Source: Auanema rhodensis
Lineage: Eukaryota > Animalia > Nematoda
Reading direction: 5' to 3'
Assembly (NCBI GenBank): GCA_964057225.1
Contig: OZ059896.1
Span: forward strand, 4,154,001-4,218,000
DNA length: 64,000 nt
Position numbers and translations under genes: made by a program. This document shows, in pieces, positions 26,669 through 38,560 of this stretch. Each line of letters begins with the position of its first letter. Position 1 is the first letter of the stretch. A model generated the notes under the pieces. It saw only the letters and a program-made list of their open reading frames with translations. It searched no databases and was not told where the DNA came from.

Positions 26669-29474
26669 AATCGAGGATATAAGTGTGAACTTATATCAGT
26701 TGATATCTCGGTGCATTTTCAAGCTAGCGGAAATCTGATAACACAGATCGACGCAGCTTAAAATTCCGCATCGATTGCATTATACTACAATGAGAAAAGC
26801 TTAATAAAAAAATTAGTTATGATCGTTTGAAAAATGATGCATTAGTGTATGTTGAGTTTCCATGTACACTCAAAATTGCTTCCAAAAACATTTTGACAAA
26901 ATTTTTTTCGAAAAATTTCAAAATAATTTAGCAAAAAGTAGATGTTTTCAGATTCCTTTTTTCAAAGCAAAAACGATGGACAATGTTATTCAACGAAAAA
27001 ATTAATTCTTCAGGGTGAAAATCGAGGATATAAGTGTGAACTTATATCAGTTGATATCTCGGTGAATTTTTAAGCTAGCGCAAATCTGATAACACAGATC
27101 TACACAGCTTAAAAATGCGCATCGGATGCACTATACTACATTGAGAAAAGCTTAATACAAAAATAAGTTATGATCGTTTGAAAAATGATGCATTAGTGTA
27201 TGTTGAGTTTCCATGTACACTCAAAATTGCTTCCAAAAACAATTTGACAAAAATTGTTTCGAAAAATTTCAAAATAATTTAGCAAAAAGTAGATGTTTTT
27301 AGATTCCTTTTTTCAAGGCAAAAACGATGGACAATGTAATTCAACGAAAAAATTAATTCTTCAGGGTGAAAATCGAGGATATAAGTGTGAACTTATATCA
27401 GTTGATATCTCGGTGCATTTTCAAGCTAGCGCAAATCTGATAACACAGATCTACACAGCTTGAAAATGCGCATTGAATGCACTATACTACATTGAGAAAA
27501 GCTTAATACAAAAATTAGTTATGATCGTTTGAAAAATGATGCATTAGTGTATGTTGAGTTTCCATGTACACTCAAAATTGCTTCCAAAAACATTTTGACA
27601 AAAAATTTTCGTAAAATTTCAAAATAATTTAGCAAAAAGTAGATGTTTTTAGATTCCTTTTTTCAAGGCAAAAACGATGGACAATGTAATTCAACGAAAA
27701 AATTAATTCTTCAGGGTGAAAATCGAGGATATAAGTGTGAACTTATATCAGTTGATATCTCGGTGCATTTTCAAGCTAGCGCAAATCTGATAACACAGAT
27801 CTACACAGCTTAAAAATGCGCATTGAATGCACTATACTACATTGTGAAAAGCTTAATACAAAAATTAGTTATGATCGTTTGAAAAATGATGCATTAGTGT
27901 ATGTTGAGTTTCCATGTACACTCAAAATTGCTTCCAAAAACATTTTGACAAAAATTTTTTCGAAAAATTTGAAAATAATTTAGCAAAAAGTAGATGTTTT
28001 TAGATTCCTTTTTTCAAGGCAAAAACGATAGACAATGTTATTCAACGAAAAAAGTAATTCTTCAGGGTGAAAATCGAGGATATAAGTGTGAACTTATATC
28101 AGTTGATATCTCGGTGCATTTTCAAGCTAGCGGAAATCTGATGACACAGATCGACGCAGCTTAAAATTCCGCATCGATTGCATTATACTACAATGAGAAA
28201 AGCTTAATAAAAAAATTAGTTATGATCGTTTGAAAAATGATGCATTAGTGTATGTTGAGTTTCCATGTACACTCAAAATTGCTTCCAAAAACATTTTGAC
28301 AAAATTTTTTTCGAAAAATTTCAAAATAATTTAGCAAAAAGTAGATGTTTTCAGATTCCGTTTTTCAAAGCAAAAACGATGGACAATGTTATTCAACGAA
28401 AAAATTAATTCTTCAGGGTGAAAATCGAGGATATAAGTGTGAACTTATATCAGTTGATATCTCGGTGAATTTTTAAGCTAGCGCAAATCTGATAACACAG
28501 ATCTACACAGCTTAAAAATGCGCATCGGATGCACTATACTACATTGAGAAAAGCTTAATACAAAAATAAGTTATGATCGTTTGAAAAATGATGCATTAGT
28601 GTATGTTGAGTTTCCATGTACACTCAAAATTGCTTCCAAAAACAATTTGACAAAAATTGTTTCGAAAAATTTCAAAATAATTTAGCAAAAAGTAGATGTT
28701 TTTAGATTCCTTTTTTCAAGGCAAAAACGATGGACAATGTAATTCAACGAAAAAATTAATTCTTCAGGGTGAAAATCGAGGATATAAGTGTGAACTTATA
28801 TCAGTTGATATCTCGGTGCATTTTCAAGCTAGCGCAAATCTGATAACACAGATCTACACAGCTTGAAAATGCGCATTGAATGCACTATACTACATTGAGA
28901 AAAGCTTAATACAAAAATTAGTTATGATCGTTTGAAAAATGATGCATTAGTGTATGTTGAGTTTCCATGTACACTCAAAATTGCTTCCAAAAACATTTTG
29001 ACAAAAAATTTTCGTAAAATTTCAAAATAATTTAGCAAAAAGTAGATGTTTTTAGATTCCTTTTTTCAAGGCAAAAACGATGGACAATGTAATTCAACGA
29101 AAAAATTAATTCTTCAGGGTGAAAATCGAGGATATAAGTGTGAACTTATATCAGTTGATATCTCGGTGCATTTTCAAGCTAGCGCAAATCTGATAACACA
29201 GATCTACACAGCTTAAAAATGCGCATTGAATGCACTATACTACATTGTGAAAAGCTTAATACAAAAATTAGTTATGATCGTTTGAAAAATGATGCATTAG
29301 TGTATGTTGAGTTTCCATGTACACTCAAAATTGCTTCCAAAAACATTTTGACAAAAATTTTTTCGAAAAATTTCAAAATAATTTAGCAAAAAGTAAATGT
29401 TTTTAAATTTCTTTTTTCAAGGCAAAAACGATGGACAATGTTATTCAACAAAAAAATTAATTCTTCAGGGTGAA
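26669..29474. repeat. Tandem duplication of a divergent 4-monomer (1403-bp) unit next to the junction
   Basis: AAATTCCGCATCGATTGCATT (26669/28072), GGTGAATT with GATCTACAC and CAATTTGAC (27020/28423), CTTGAAAATGCG with TTCGTAAAA (27371/28774), and ATTGTGAAAAG (27721/29124). Confidence 0.92.
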
Positions 29475-30100
29475 AATCGAGGATATAAGTGTGAACTTAT
29501 ATCAGTTGATATCTCGGTGCATTTTCAAGCTAGCGGAAATCTGATAACACAGATCGACGCAGCTTAAAAATCCGCATCGAATGCACTATACTACATTGAG
29601 AAACGCTTAATACAAAAATTAGTTATGATCGTTTGAAAAATGATGCATTAGTGTATGTTGAGTTTCCATGTACACTCAAAATTGCTTCCAAAAACATTTT
29701 GACAAAAATTTTTTCGAAAAATTTCAAAATAATTTAGCAAAAAGTAGATGTTTTTAGATTCCTTTTTTCAAAGCAAAAACGATGGACAATGTTATTCAAC
29801 GAAAAAATTAATTCTTCAGGGTGAAAATCGAGGATATAAGTGTGAACTTATATCAGTTGATATCTCGGTGCATTTTCAAGCTAGCGCAAATCTGATAACA
29901 CAGATCGACGCAGCTTAAAATTCCGCATCGATTGCATTATACTACATTGAGAAAAGCTTAATAAAAAAATTAGTTATGACCGTTTGAAAAATGATGCATT
30001 AGTGTATGTTGAGTTTCCATGTACACTCAAAATTGCTTCCAAAAACATTTTGACAAAATTTTTTTCGAAAAATTTCAAAATAATTTAGCAAAAAGTAGAT

Positions 30101-30125
30101 GTTTTTAGATTCTTCACGTAAATTT
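30101..30125. other. Direct junction between satellite A and satellite B
   Basis: The sequence reads GTTTTTAGATTC|TTCACGTAAATTT. The A consensus (GTTTTTAGATTCCTTTTTTC) holds to 30112 and the B consensus (AAAG TTCACGTAAATTT) holds from 30113. Confidence 0.97.
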
Positions 30126-30223
30126 CAAAGTCATGGTTACCATGCACCAATATCAATAAAATTTTGTTTTTAGACTAATATGGACATGGGGAATCTAATT
30201 TTGAAAACCGCATCTCTTTATCT

Positions 30224-30296
30224 TTCACGTGAAGCGAGTTACATACCAAGTGCACATCACGTGTACATTTAATTAGCATAAATTAAAGTTCACGTA
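30224..30296. other. Cluster of E-box-type motifs in monomer B (representative copy); function unproven
   Basis: TTCACGTGAA is a 10-bp palindrome with CACGTG at 30226. ATCACGTG has CACGTG at 30258. TTCACGTA has CACGTA at 30291. Confidence 0.75.
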
Positions 30297-32576
30297 AATT
30301 TCAAAGTCATGGTTACCATGAACCAATATCAATAAAAATTTGTTTTTAGACTAATATGGACTTGGGGAATCTAATTTTGAAAACCGCATCTCTTTATCTT
30401 TCACGTGAAGCGAGTTACATACCAAGTGCACATCACGTGTACATTTAATTAGCATAAATTAAAGTTCACGTAAATTTCAAAGTCATGGTTACCATGAACC
30501 AATATCAATAAAAATTTGTTTTTAGACTAATATGGACATGGGGAATCTAATTTTGAAAACCGCATCTCTTTATCTTTCACGTGAAGCGAGTTACATACCA
30601 AGTGCACATCACGTGTACATTTAATTAGCATAAATTAAAGTTCACGTAAATTTCAAAGTCATGGTTACCATGAACCAATATCAATAAAAATTTGTTTTTA
30701 GACTAATATGGACATGGGGAATCTAATTTTGAAAACCGCATTTCTTTATATTTCACGTGAAGCGAGTTACATACCAAGTGCACATCACGTGTACATTTAA
30801 TTAGCATAAATTAAAGTTCACGTAAATTTCAAAGTCATGGTTACCATGCACCAATATCAATAAAAATTTGTTTTTAGACTAATATGGACATGGTGAATCT
30901 AATTTTGAAAACCGCATCTCTTTATCTTTCACGTGAAGCGAGTTACATACCAAGTGCACATCACGTGTACATTTAATTAGCATAAATTAAAGTTCACGTA
31001 AATTTCAAAGTCATGGTTACCATGAACCAATATCAATAAAAATTTGTTTTTAGACTAATATGGACATGGGGAATCTAATTTTGAAAACCGCATCTCTTTA
31101 TCTTTCACGTGAAGCGAGTTACATACCAAGTGCACATCACGTGTACATTTAATTAGCATAAATTAAAGTTCACGTAAATTTCAAAGTCATGGTTACCATG
31201 AACCAATATCAATAAAAATTTGTTTTTAGACTAATATGGACATGGGGAATCTAATTTTGAAAACCGCATCTCTTTATCTTTCACGTGAAGCGAGTTACAT
31301 ACCAAGTGCACATCACGTGTACATTTAATTAGCATAAATTAAAGTTCACGTAAATTTCAAAGTCATGGTTACCATGCACCAATATCAATAAAAATTTGTT
31401 TTTAGACTAATATGGACATGGGGAATCTAATTTTGAAAACCGCATCTCTTTTTCTCTCACGTGAAGCGAGTTACATACCAAGTGCACATCACGTGTACAT
31501 TCAATTAGCATAAATTAAAGTTCACGTAAATTTCAAAGTCATGGTTAGCATGAACCAATATCAATAAAAATTCGTTTTTAGACTAATATGGACATGGGGA
31601 ATCTAATTTTGAAAACCGCATCTCTTTATCTTTCACGTGAAGCGAGTTACATACCTAGTGCACATCACGTGTACATTTAATTAGCATAAATTAAAGTTCA
31701 CGTAAATTTCAAAGTCATGGTTACCATGAACCAATATCAATAAAAATTTGTTTTTAGACTAATATGGACATGGGGAATCTAATTTTGAAAACCGCATCTC
31801 TTTATCTTTCACGTGAAGCGAGTTACATACCAAGTGCACATCACGTGTACATTTAATTAGCATAAATTAAAGTTCACGTAAATTTCAAAGTCATGGTTAC
31901 CATGCACCAATATCAATAAAAATTTGTTTTTAGACTAATATGGACATGGGGAATCTAATTTTGAAAACCGCATCTCTTTATCTTTCACGTGAAGCGAGTT
32001 ACATACCTAGTGCACATCACGTGTACATTTAATTAGCATAAATTAAAGTTCACGTAAATTTCAAAGTCATGGTTACCATGAACCAATATCAATAAAAATT
32101 TGTTTTTAGACTAATATGGACATGGGGAATCTAATTTTGAAAACCGCATCTCTTTATCTTTCACGTGAAGCGAGTTACATACCAAGTGCACATCACGTGT
32201 ACATTTAATTAGCATAAATTAAAGTTCACGTAAATTTCAAAGTCATGGTTACCATGCACCAATATCAATAAAAATTTGTTTTTAGACTAATATGGACATG
32301 GGGAATCTAATTTTGAAAACCGCATCCCTTTATCTTTCACGTGAAGCGAGTTACATACCAAGTGCACATCACGTGTACATTTAATTAGCATAAATTAAAG
32401 TTCACGTAAATTTCAAAGTCATGGTTACCATGAACCAATATCAATAAAAATTTGTTTTTAGACTAATATGGACATGGGGAATCTAATTTTGAAAACCGCA
32501 TCTCTTTATCTTTCACGTGAAGCGAGTTACATACCAAGTGCACATCACGTGTACATTTAATTAGCATAAATTAAAG

Positions 32577-35500
32577 TTCACGTAAATTTCAAAGTCATGG
32601 TTACCATGCACCAATATCAATAAAAATTTGTTTTTAGACTAATATGGACATGGGGAATCCAATTTTGAAAACCGCATCTCTTTTTCTTTCACGTGAAGCG
32701 AGTTACATACCAAGTGCACATCACGTGTACATTCAATTAGCATAAATTAAAGTTCACGTAAATTTCAAAGTCATGGTTAGCATGAACCAATATCAATAAA
32801 AATTTGTTTTTAGACTAATATGGACATGGGGAATCTAATTTTGAAAACCGCATCTCTTTATCTTTCACGTGAAGCGAGTTACATACCTAGTGCACATCAC
32901 GTGTACATTTAATTAGCATAAATTAAAGTTCACGTAAATTTCAAAGTCATGGTTACCATGAACCAATATCAATAAAAATTTGTTTTTAGACTAATATGGA
33001 CATGGGGAATCTAATTTTGAAAACCGCATCTCTTTATCTTTCACGTGAAGCGAGTTACATACCAAGTGCACATCACGTGTACATTTAATTAGCATAAATT
33101 AAAGTTCACGTAAATTTCAAAGTCATGGTTACCATGCACCAATATCAATAAAAATTTGTTTTTAGACTAATATGGACATGGGGAATCTAATTTTGAAAAC
33201 CGCATCTCTTTATCTTTCACGTGAAGCGAGTTACATACCAAGTGCACATCACGTGTACATTTAATTAGCATAAATTAAAGTTCACGTAAATTTCAAAGTC
33301 ATGGTTACCATGAACCAATATCAATAAAAATTTGTTTTTAGACTAATATGGACATGGGGAATCTAATTTTGAAAACCGCATCTCTTTATCTTTCACGTGA
33401 AGCGAGTTACATACCAAGTGCACATCACGTGTACATTTAATTAGCATAAATTAAAGTTCACGTAAATTTCAAAGTCATGGTTACCATGCACCAATATCAA
33501 TAAAAATTCGTTTTTAGACTAATATGGACATGGGGAATCTAATTTCGAAAACCGCATCTCTTTATCTTTCACGTGAAGCGAGTTACATACCAAGTGCACA
33601 TCACGTGTACATTCAATTAGCATAAATTAAAGTTCACGTAAATTTCAAAGTCATGGTTAGCATGAACCAATATCAATAAAAATTTGTTTTTAGACTAATA
33701 TGGACATGGGGAATCTAATTTTGAAAACCGCATCTCTTTATCTTTCACGTGAAGCGAGTTACATTCCAGGTGCACATCACGTGTACATTTATTTAGCATA
33801 AATTAAAGTTCACGTAAATTTCAAAGTCATGGTTACCATGAACCAATATCAATAAAAATTTGTTTTTAGACTAATATGGACATGGGGAATCTCATTTTGC
33901 AAACCGCATCTCTTTATCTTTCACGTGAGGCGAGTTACATACCAAGTGCACATCACGTGTACATTTAATTAGCATAAATTAAAGTTCACGTAAATTTCAA
34001 AGTCATGGTTACCATGAACCAATATCAATAAAAATTTGTTTTTAGACTAATATGGACATGGGGAATCTAATTTTGAAAACCGCATCTCTTTATCTTTCAC
34101 GTGAAGCGAGTTACATACCAAGTGCACATCACGTGTACATTTAATTAGCATAAATTAAAGTTCACGTAAATTTCAAAGTCATGGTTAGCATGAACCAATA
34201 TCAATAAAAATTTGTTTTTAGACTAATATGGACATGGGGAATCTAATTTTGAAAACCGCATCTCTTTATCTTTCACGTGAAGCGAGTTACATACCTAGTG
34301 CACATCACGTGTACATTTAATTAGCATAAATTAAAGTTCACGTAAATTTCAAAGTCATGGTTACCATGAACCAATATCAATAAAAATTTGTTTTTAGACT
34401 AATATGGACATGGGGAATCTAATTTTGAAAACCGCATCTCTTTATCTTTCACGTGAAGCGAGTTACATACCAAGTGCACATCACGTGTACATTTAATTAG
34501 CATAAATTAAAGTTCACGTAAATTTCAAAGTCATGGTTACCATGCACCAATATCAATAAAAATTTGTTTTTAGACTAATATGGACATGGGGAATCTAATT
34601 TTGAAAACCGCATCTCTTTATCTTTCACGTGAAGCGAGTTACATACCTAGTGCACATCACGTGTACATTTAATTAGCATAAATTAAAGTTCACGTAAATT
34701 TCAAAGTCATGGTTACCATGAACCAATATCAATAAAAATTTGTTTTTAGACTAATATGGACATGGGGAATCTAATTTTGAAAACCGCATCTCTTTATCTT
34801 TCACGTGAAGCGAGTTACATACCAAGTGCACATCACGTGTACATTTAATTAGCATAAATTAAAGTTCACGTAAATTTCAAAGTCATGGTTACCATGCACC
34901 AATATCAATAAAAATTTGTTTTTAGACTAATATGGACATGGGGAATCTAATTTTGAAAACCGCATCTCTTTATCTTTCACGTGAAGCGAGTTACATACCA
35001 AGTGCACATCACGTGTACATTCAATTAGCATAAATTAAAGTTCACGTAAATTTCAAAGTCATGGTTAGCATGAACCAATATCAATAAAAATTTGTTTTTA
35101 GACTAATATGGACATGGGGAATCTAATTTTGAAAACCGCATCTCTTTATCTTTCACGTGAAGCGAGTTACATACCTAGTGCACATCACGTGTACATTTAA
35201 TTAGCATAAATTAAAGTTCACGTAAATTTCAAAGTCATGGTTACCATGAACCAATATCAATAAAAATTTGTTTTTAGACTAATATGGACATGGGGAATCT
35301 AATTTTGAAAACCGCATCTCTTTATCTTTCACGTGAAGCGAGTTACATACCAAGTGCACATCACGTGTACATTTAATTAGCATAAATTAAAGTTCACGTA
35401 AATTTCAAAGTCATGGTTACCATGCACCAATATCAATAAAAATTTGTTTTTAGACTAATATGGACATGGGGAATCTAATTTTGAAAACCGCATCTCTTTA

Positions 35501-38500
35501 TCTTTCACGTGAAGCGAGTTACATACCTAGTGCACATCACGTGTACATTTAATTAGCATAAATTAAAGTTCACGTAAATTTCAAAGTCATGGTTACCATG
35601 AACCAATATCAATAAAAATTTGTTTTTAGACTAATATGGACATGGGGAATCTAATTTTGAAAACCGCATCTCTTTATCTTTCACGTGAAGCGAGTTACAT
35701 ACCAAGTGCACATCACGTGTACATTTAATTAGCATAAATTAAAGTTCACGTAAATTTCAAAGTCATGGTTACCATGCACCAATATCAATAAAAATTTGTT
35801 TTTAGACTAATATGGACATGGGGAATCCAATTTTGAAAACCGCATCTCTTTTTCTTTCACGTGAAGCGAGTTACATACCAAGTGCACATCACGTGTACAT
35901 TCAATTAGCATAAATTAAAGTTCACGTAAATTTCAAAGTCATGGTTAGCATGAACCAATATCAATAAAAATTTGTTTTTAGACTAATATGGACATGGGGA
36001 ATCCAATTTTGAAAACCGCATCTCTTTATCTTTCACGTGAAGCGAGTTACATACCAAGTGCACATCACGTGTACATTTAATTAGCATAAATTAAAGTTCA
36101 CGTAAATTTCAAAGTCATGGTTAGCATGAACCAATATCAATAAAAATTTGTTTTTAGACTAATATGGACATGGGGAATCTAATTTTGAAAACCGCATCTC
36201 TTTATCTTTCACGTGAAGCGAGTTACATACCAAGTGCACATCACGTGTACATTTAATTAGCATAAATTAAAGTTCACGTAAATTTCAAAGTCATGGTTAC
36301 CATGCACCAATATCAATAAAAATTTGTTTTTAGACTAATATGGACATGGGGAATCCAATTTTGAAAACCGCATCTCTTTTTCTTTCACGTGAAGCGAGTT
36401 ACATACCAAGTGCACATCACGTGTACATTTAATTAGCATAAATTAAAGTTCACGTAAATTTCAAAGTCATGGTTACCATGCACCAATATCAATAAAAATT
36501 TGTTTTTAGACTAATATGGACATGGGGAATCCAATTTTGAAAACCGCATCTCTTTTTCTTTCACGTGAAGCGAGTTACATACCAAGTGCACATCACGTGT
36601 ACATTCAATTAGCATAAATTAAAGTTCACGTAAATTTCAAAGTCATGGTTAGCATGAACCAATATCAATAAAAATTTGTTTTTAGACTAATATGGACATG
36701 GGGAATCCAATTTTGAAAACCGCATCTCTTTATCTTTCACGTGAAGCGAGTTACATACCAAGTGCACATCACGTGTACATTTAATTAGCATAAATTAAAG
36801 TTCACGTAAATTTCAAAGTCATGGTTAGCATGAACCAATATCAATAAAAATTTGTTTTTAGACTAATATGGACATGGGGAATCTAATTTTGAAAACCGCA
36901 TCTCTTTATCTTTCACGTGAAGCGAGTTACATACCAAGTGCACATCACGTGTACATTTAATTAGCATAAATTAAAGTTCACGTAAATTTCAAAGTCATGG
37001 TTACCATGCACCAATATCAATAAAAATTTGTTTTTAGACTAATATGGACATGGGGAATCCAATTTTGAAAACCGCATCTCTTTTTCTTTCACGTGAAGCG
37101 AGTTACATACCAAGTGCACATCACGTGTACATTCAATTAGCATAAATTAAAGTTCACGTAAATTTCAAAGTCATGGTTAGCATGAACCAATATCAATAAA
37201 AATTTGTTTTTAGACTAATATGGACATGGGGAATCTAATTTTGAAAACCGCATCTCTTTATCTTTCACGTGAAGCGAGTTACATACCTAGTGCACATCAC
37301 GTGTACATTTAATTAGCATAAATTAAAGTTCACGTAAATTTCAAAGTCATGGTTACCATGAACCAATATCAATAAAAATTTGTTTTTAGACTAATATGGA
37401 CATGGGGAATCTAATTTTGAAAACCGCATCTCTTTATCTTTCACGTGAAGCGAGTTACATACCAAGTGCACATCACGTGTACATTTAATTAGCATAAATT
37501 AAAGTTCACGTAAATTTCAAAGTCATGGTTACCATGCACCAATATCAATAAAAATTTGTTTTTAGACTAATATGGACATGGGGAATCTAATTTTGAAAAC
37601 CGCATCTCTTTATCTTTCACGTGAAGCGAGTTACATACCAAGTGCACATCACGTGTACATTTAATTAGCATAAATTAAAGTTCACGTAAATTTCAAAGTC
37701 ATGGTTACCATGAACCAATATCAATAAAAATTTGTTTTTAGACTGATATGGACATGGGGAATCTAATTTTGAAAACCGCATCTCTTTATCTTTCACGTGA
37801 AGCGAGTTACATACCAAGTGCACATCACGTGTACATTTAATTAGCATAAATTAAAGTTCACGTAAATTTCAAAGTCATGGTTACCATGCACCAATATCAA
37901 TAAAAATTCGTTTTTAGACTAATATGGACATGGGGAATCTAATTTCGAAAACCGCATCTCTTTATCTTTCACGTGAAGCGAGTTACATACCAAGTGCACA
38001 TCACGTGTACATTCAATTAGCATAAATTAAAGTTCACGTAAATTTCAAAGTCATGGTTAGCATGAACCAATATCAATAAAAATTTGTTTTTAGACTAATA
38101 TGGACATGAGGAATCTAATTTTGAAAACCGCATCTCTTTATCTTTCACGTGAAGCGAGTTACATTCCAGGTGCACATCACGTGTACATTTATTTAGCATA
38201 AATTAAAGTTCACGTAAATTTCAAAGTCATGGTTACCATGAACCAATATCAATAAAAATTTGTTTTTAGACTAATATGGACATGGGGAATCTCATTTTGC
38301 AAACCGCATCTCTTTATCTTTCACGTGAGGCGAGTTACATACCAAGTGCACATCACGTGTACATTTAATTAGCATAAATTAAAGTTCACGTAAATTTCAA
38401 AGTCATGGTTACCATGAACCAATATCAATAAAAATTTGTTTTTAGACTAATATGGACATGGGGAATCTAATTTTGAAAACCGCATCTCTTTATCTTTCAC

Positions 38501-38560
38501 GTGAAGCGAGTTACATACCAAGTGCACATCACGTGTACATTTAATTAGCATAAATTAAAG
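32577..38560. repeat. ~9-monomer block of array B (32577-34160) repeated 25 monomers (4400 bp) later (36977-38560)
   Basis: CTCATTTTGC occurs at 33891 and 38291. ATTCCAGG, AATTTCG, CCTAG and GAATCC/TTTTTC variants occur in the same order in both copies. Confidence 0.87.
34161..35920. repeat. Tandem duplication of a 5-monomer (880-bp) unit in array B
   Basis: GGTTAGCATG with CCTAG occurs at 34161 and 35041, a second CCTAG follows two monomers later in each, and TTCAATT closes each unit. A related block starts at 31521. Confidence 0.82.

Larger units (their letters stand above)
1..30112. repeat. Satellite array A: 351-bp monomer, 85 full copies plus a 287-bp partial copy, presumably continuing left of the window
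   Basis: The motif AATCGAGGAT (or a close variant) recurs at 1, 351, 702, 1052, 1403 ... 4561, 4912 ... 29475, 29826. Spacing is 351 bp, with occasional 350-bp copies. Copies differ by only a few substitutions, all lie in one orientation, and no unique sequence is interspersed. Confidence 0.99.

Noticed and set aside
1-30112. 351 bp = 117 codons, suggesting a repetitive coding sequence
   Set aside because: The ORF track shows no ORF anywhere in array A, and frame-shifting 350-bp copies are tolerated.
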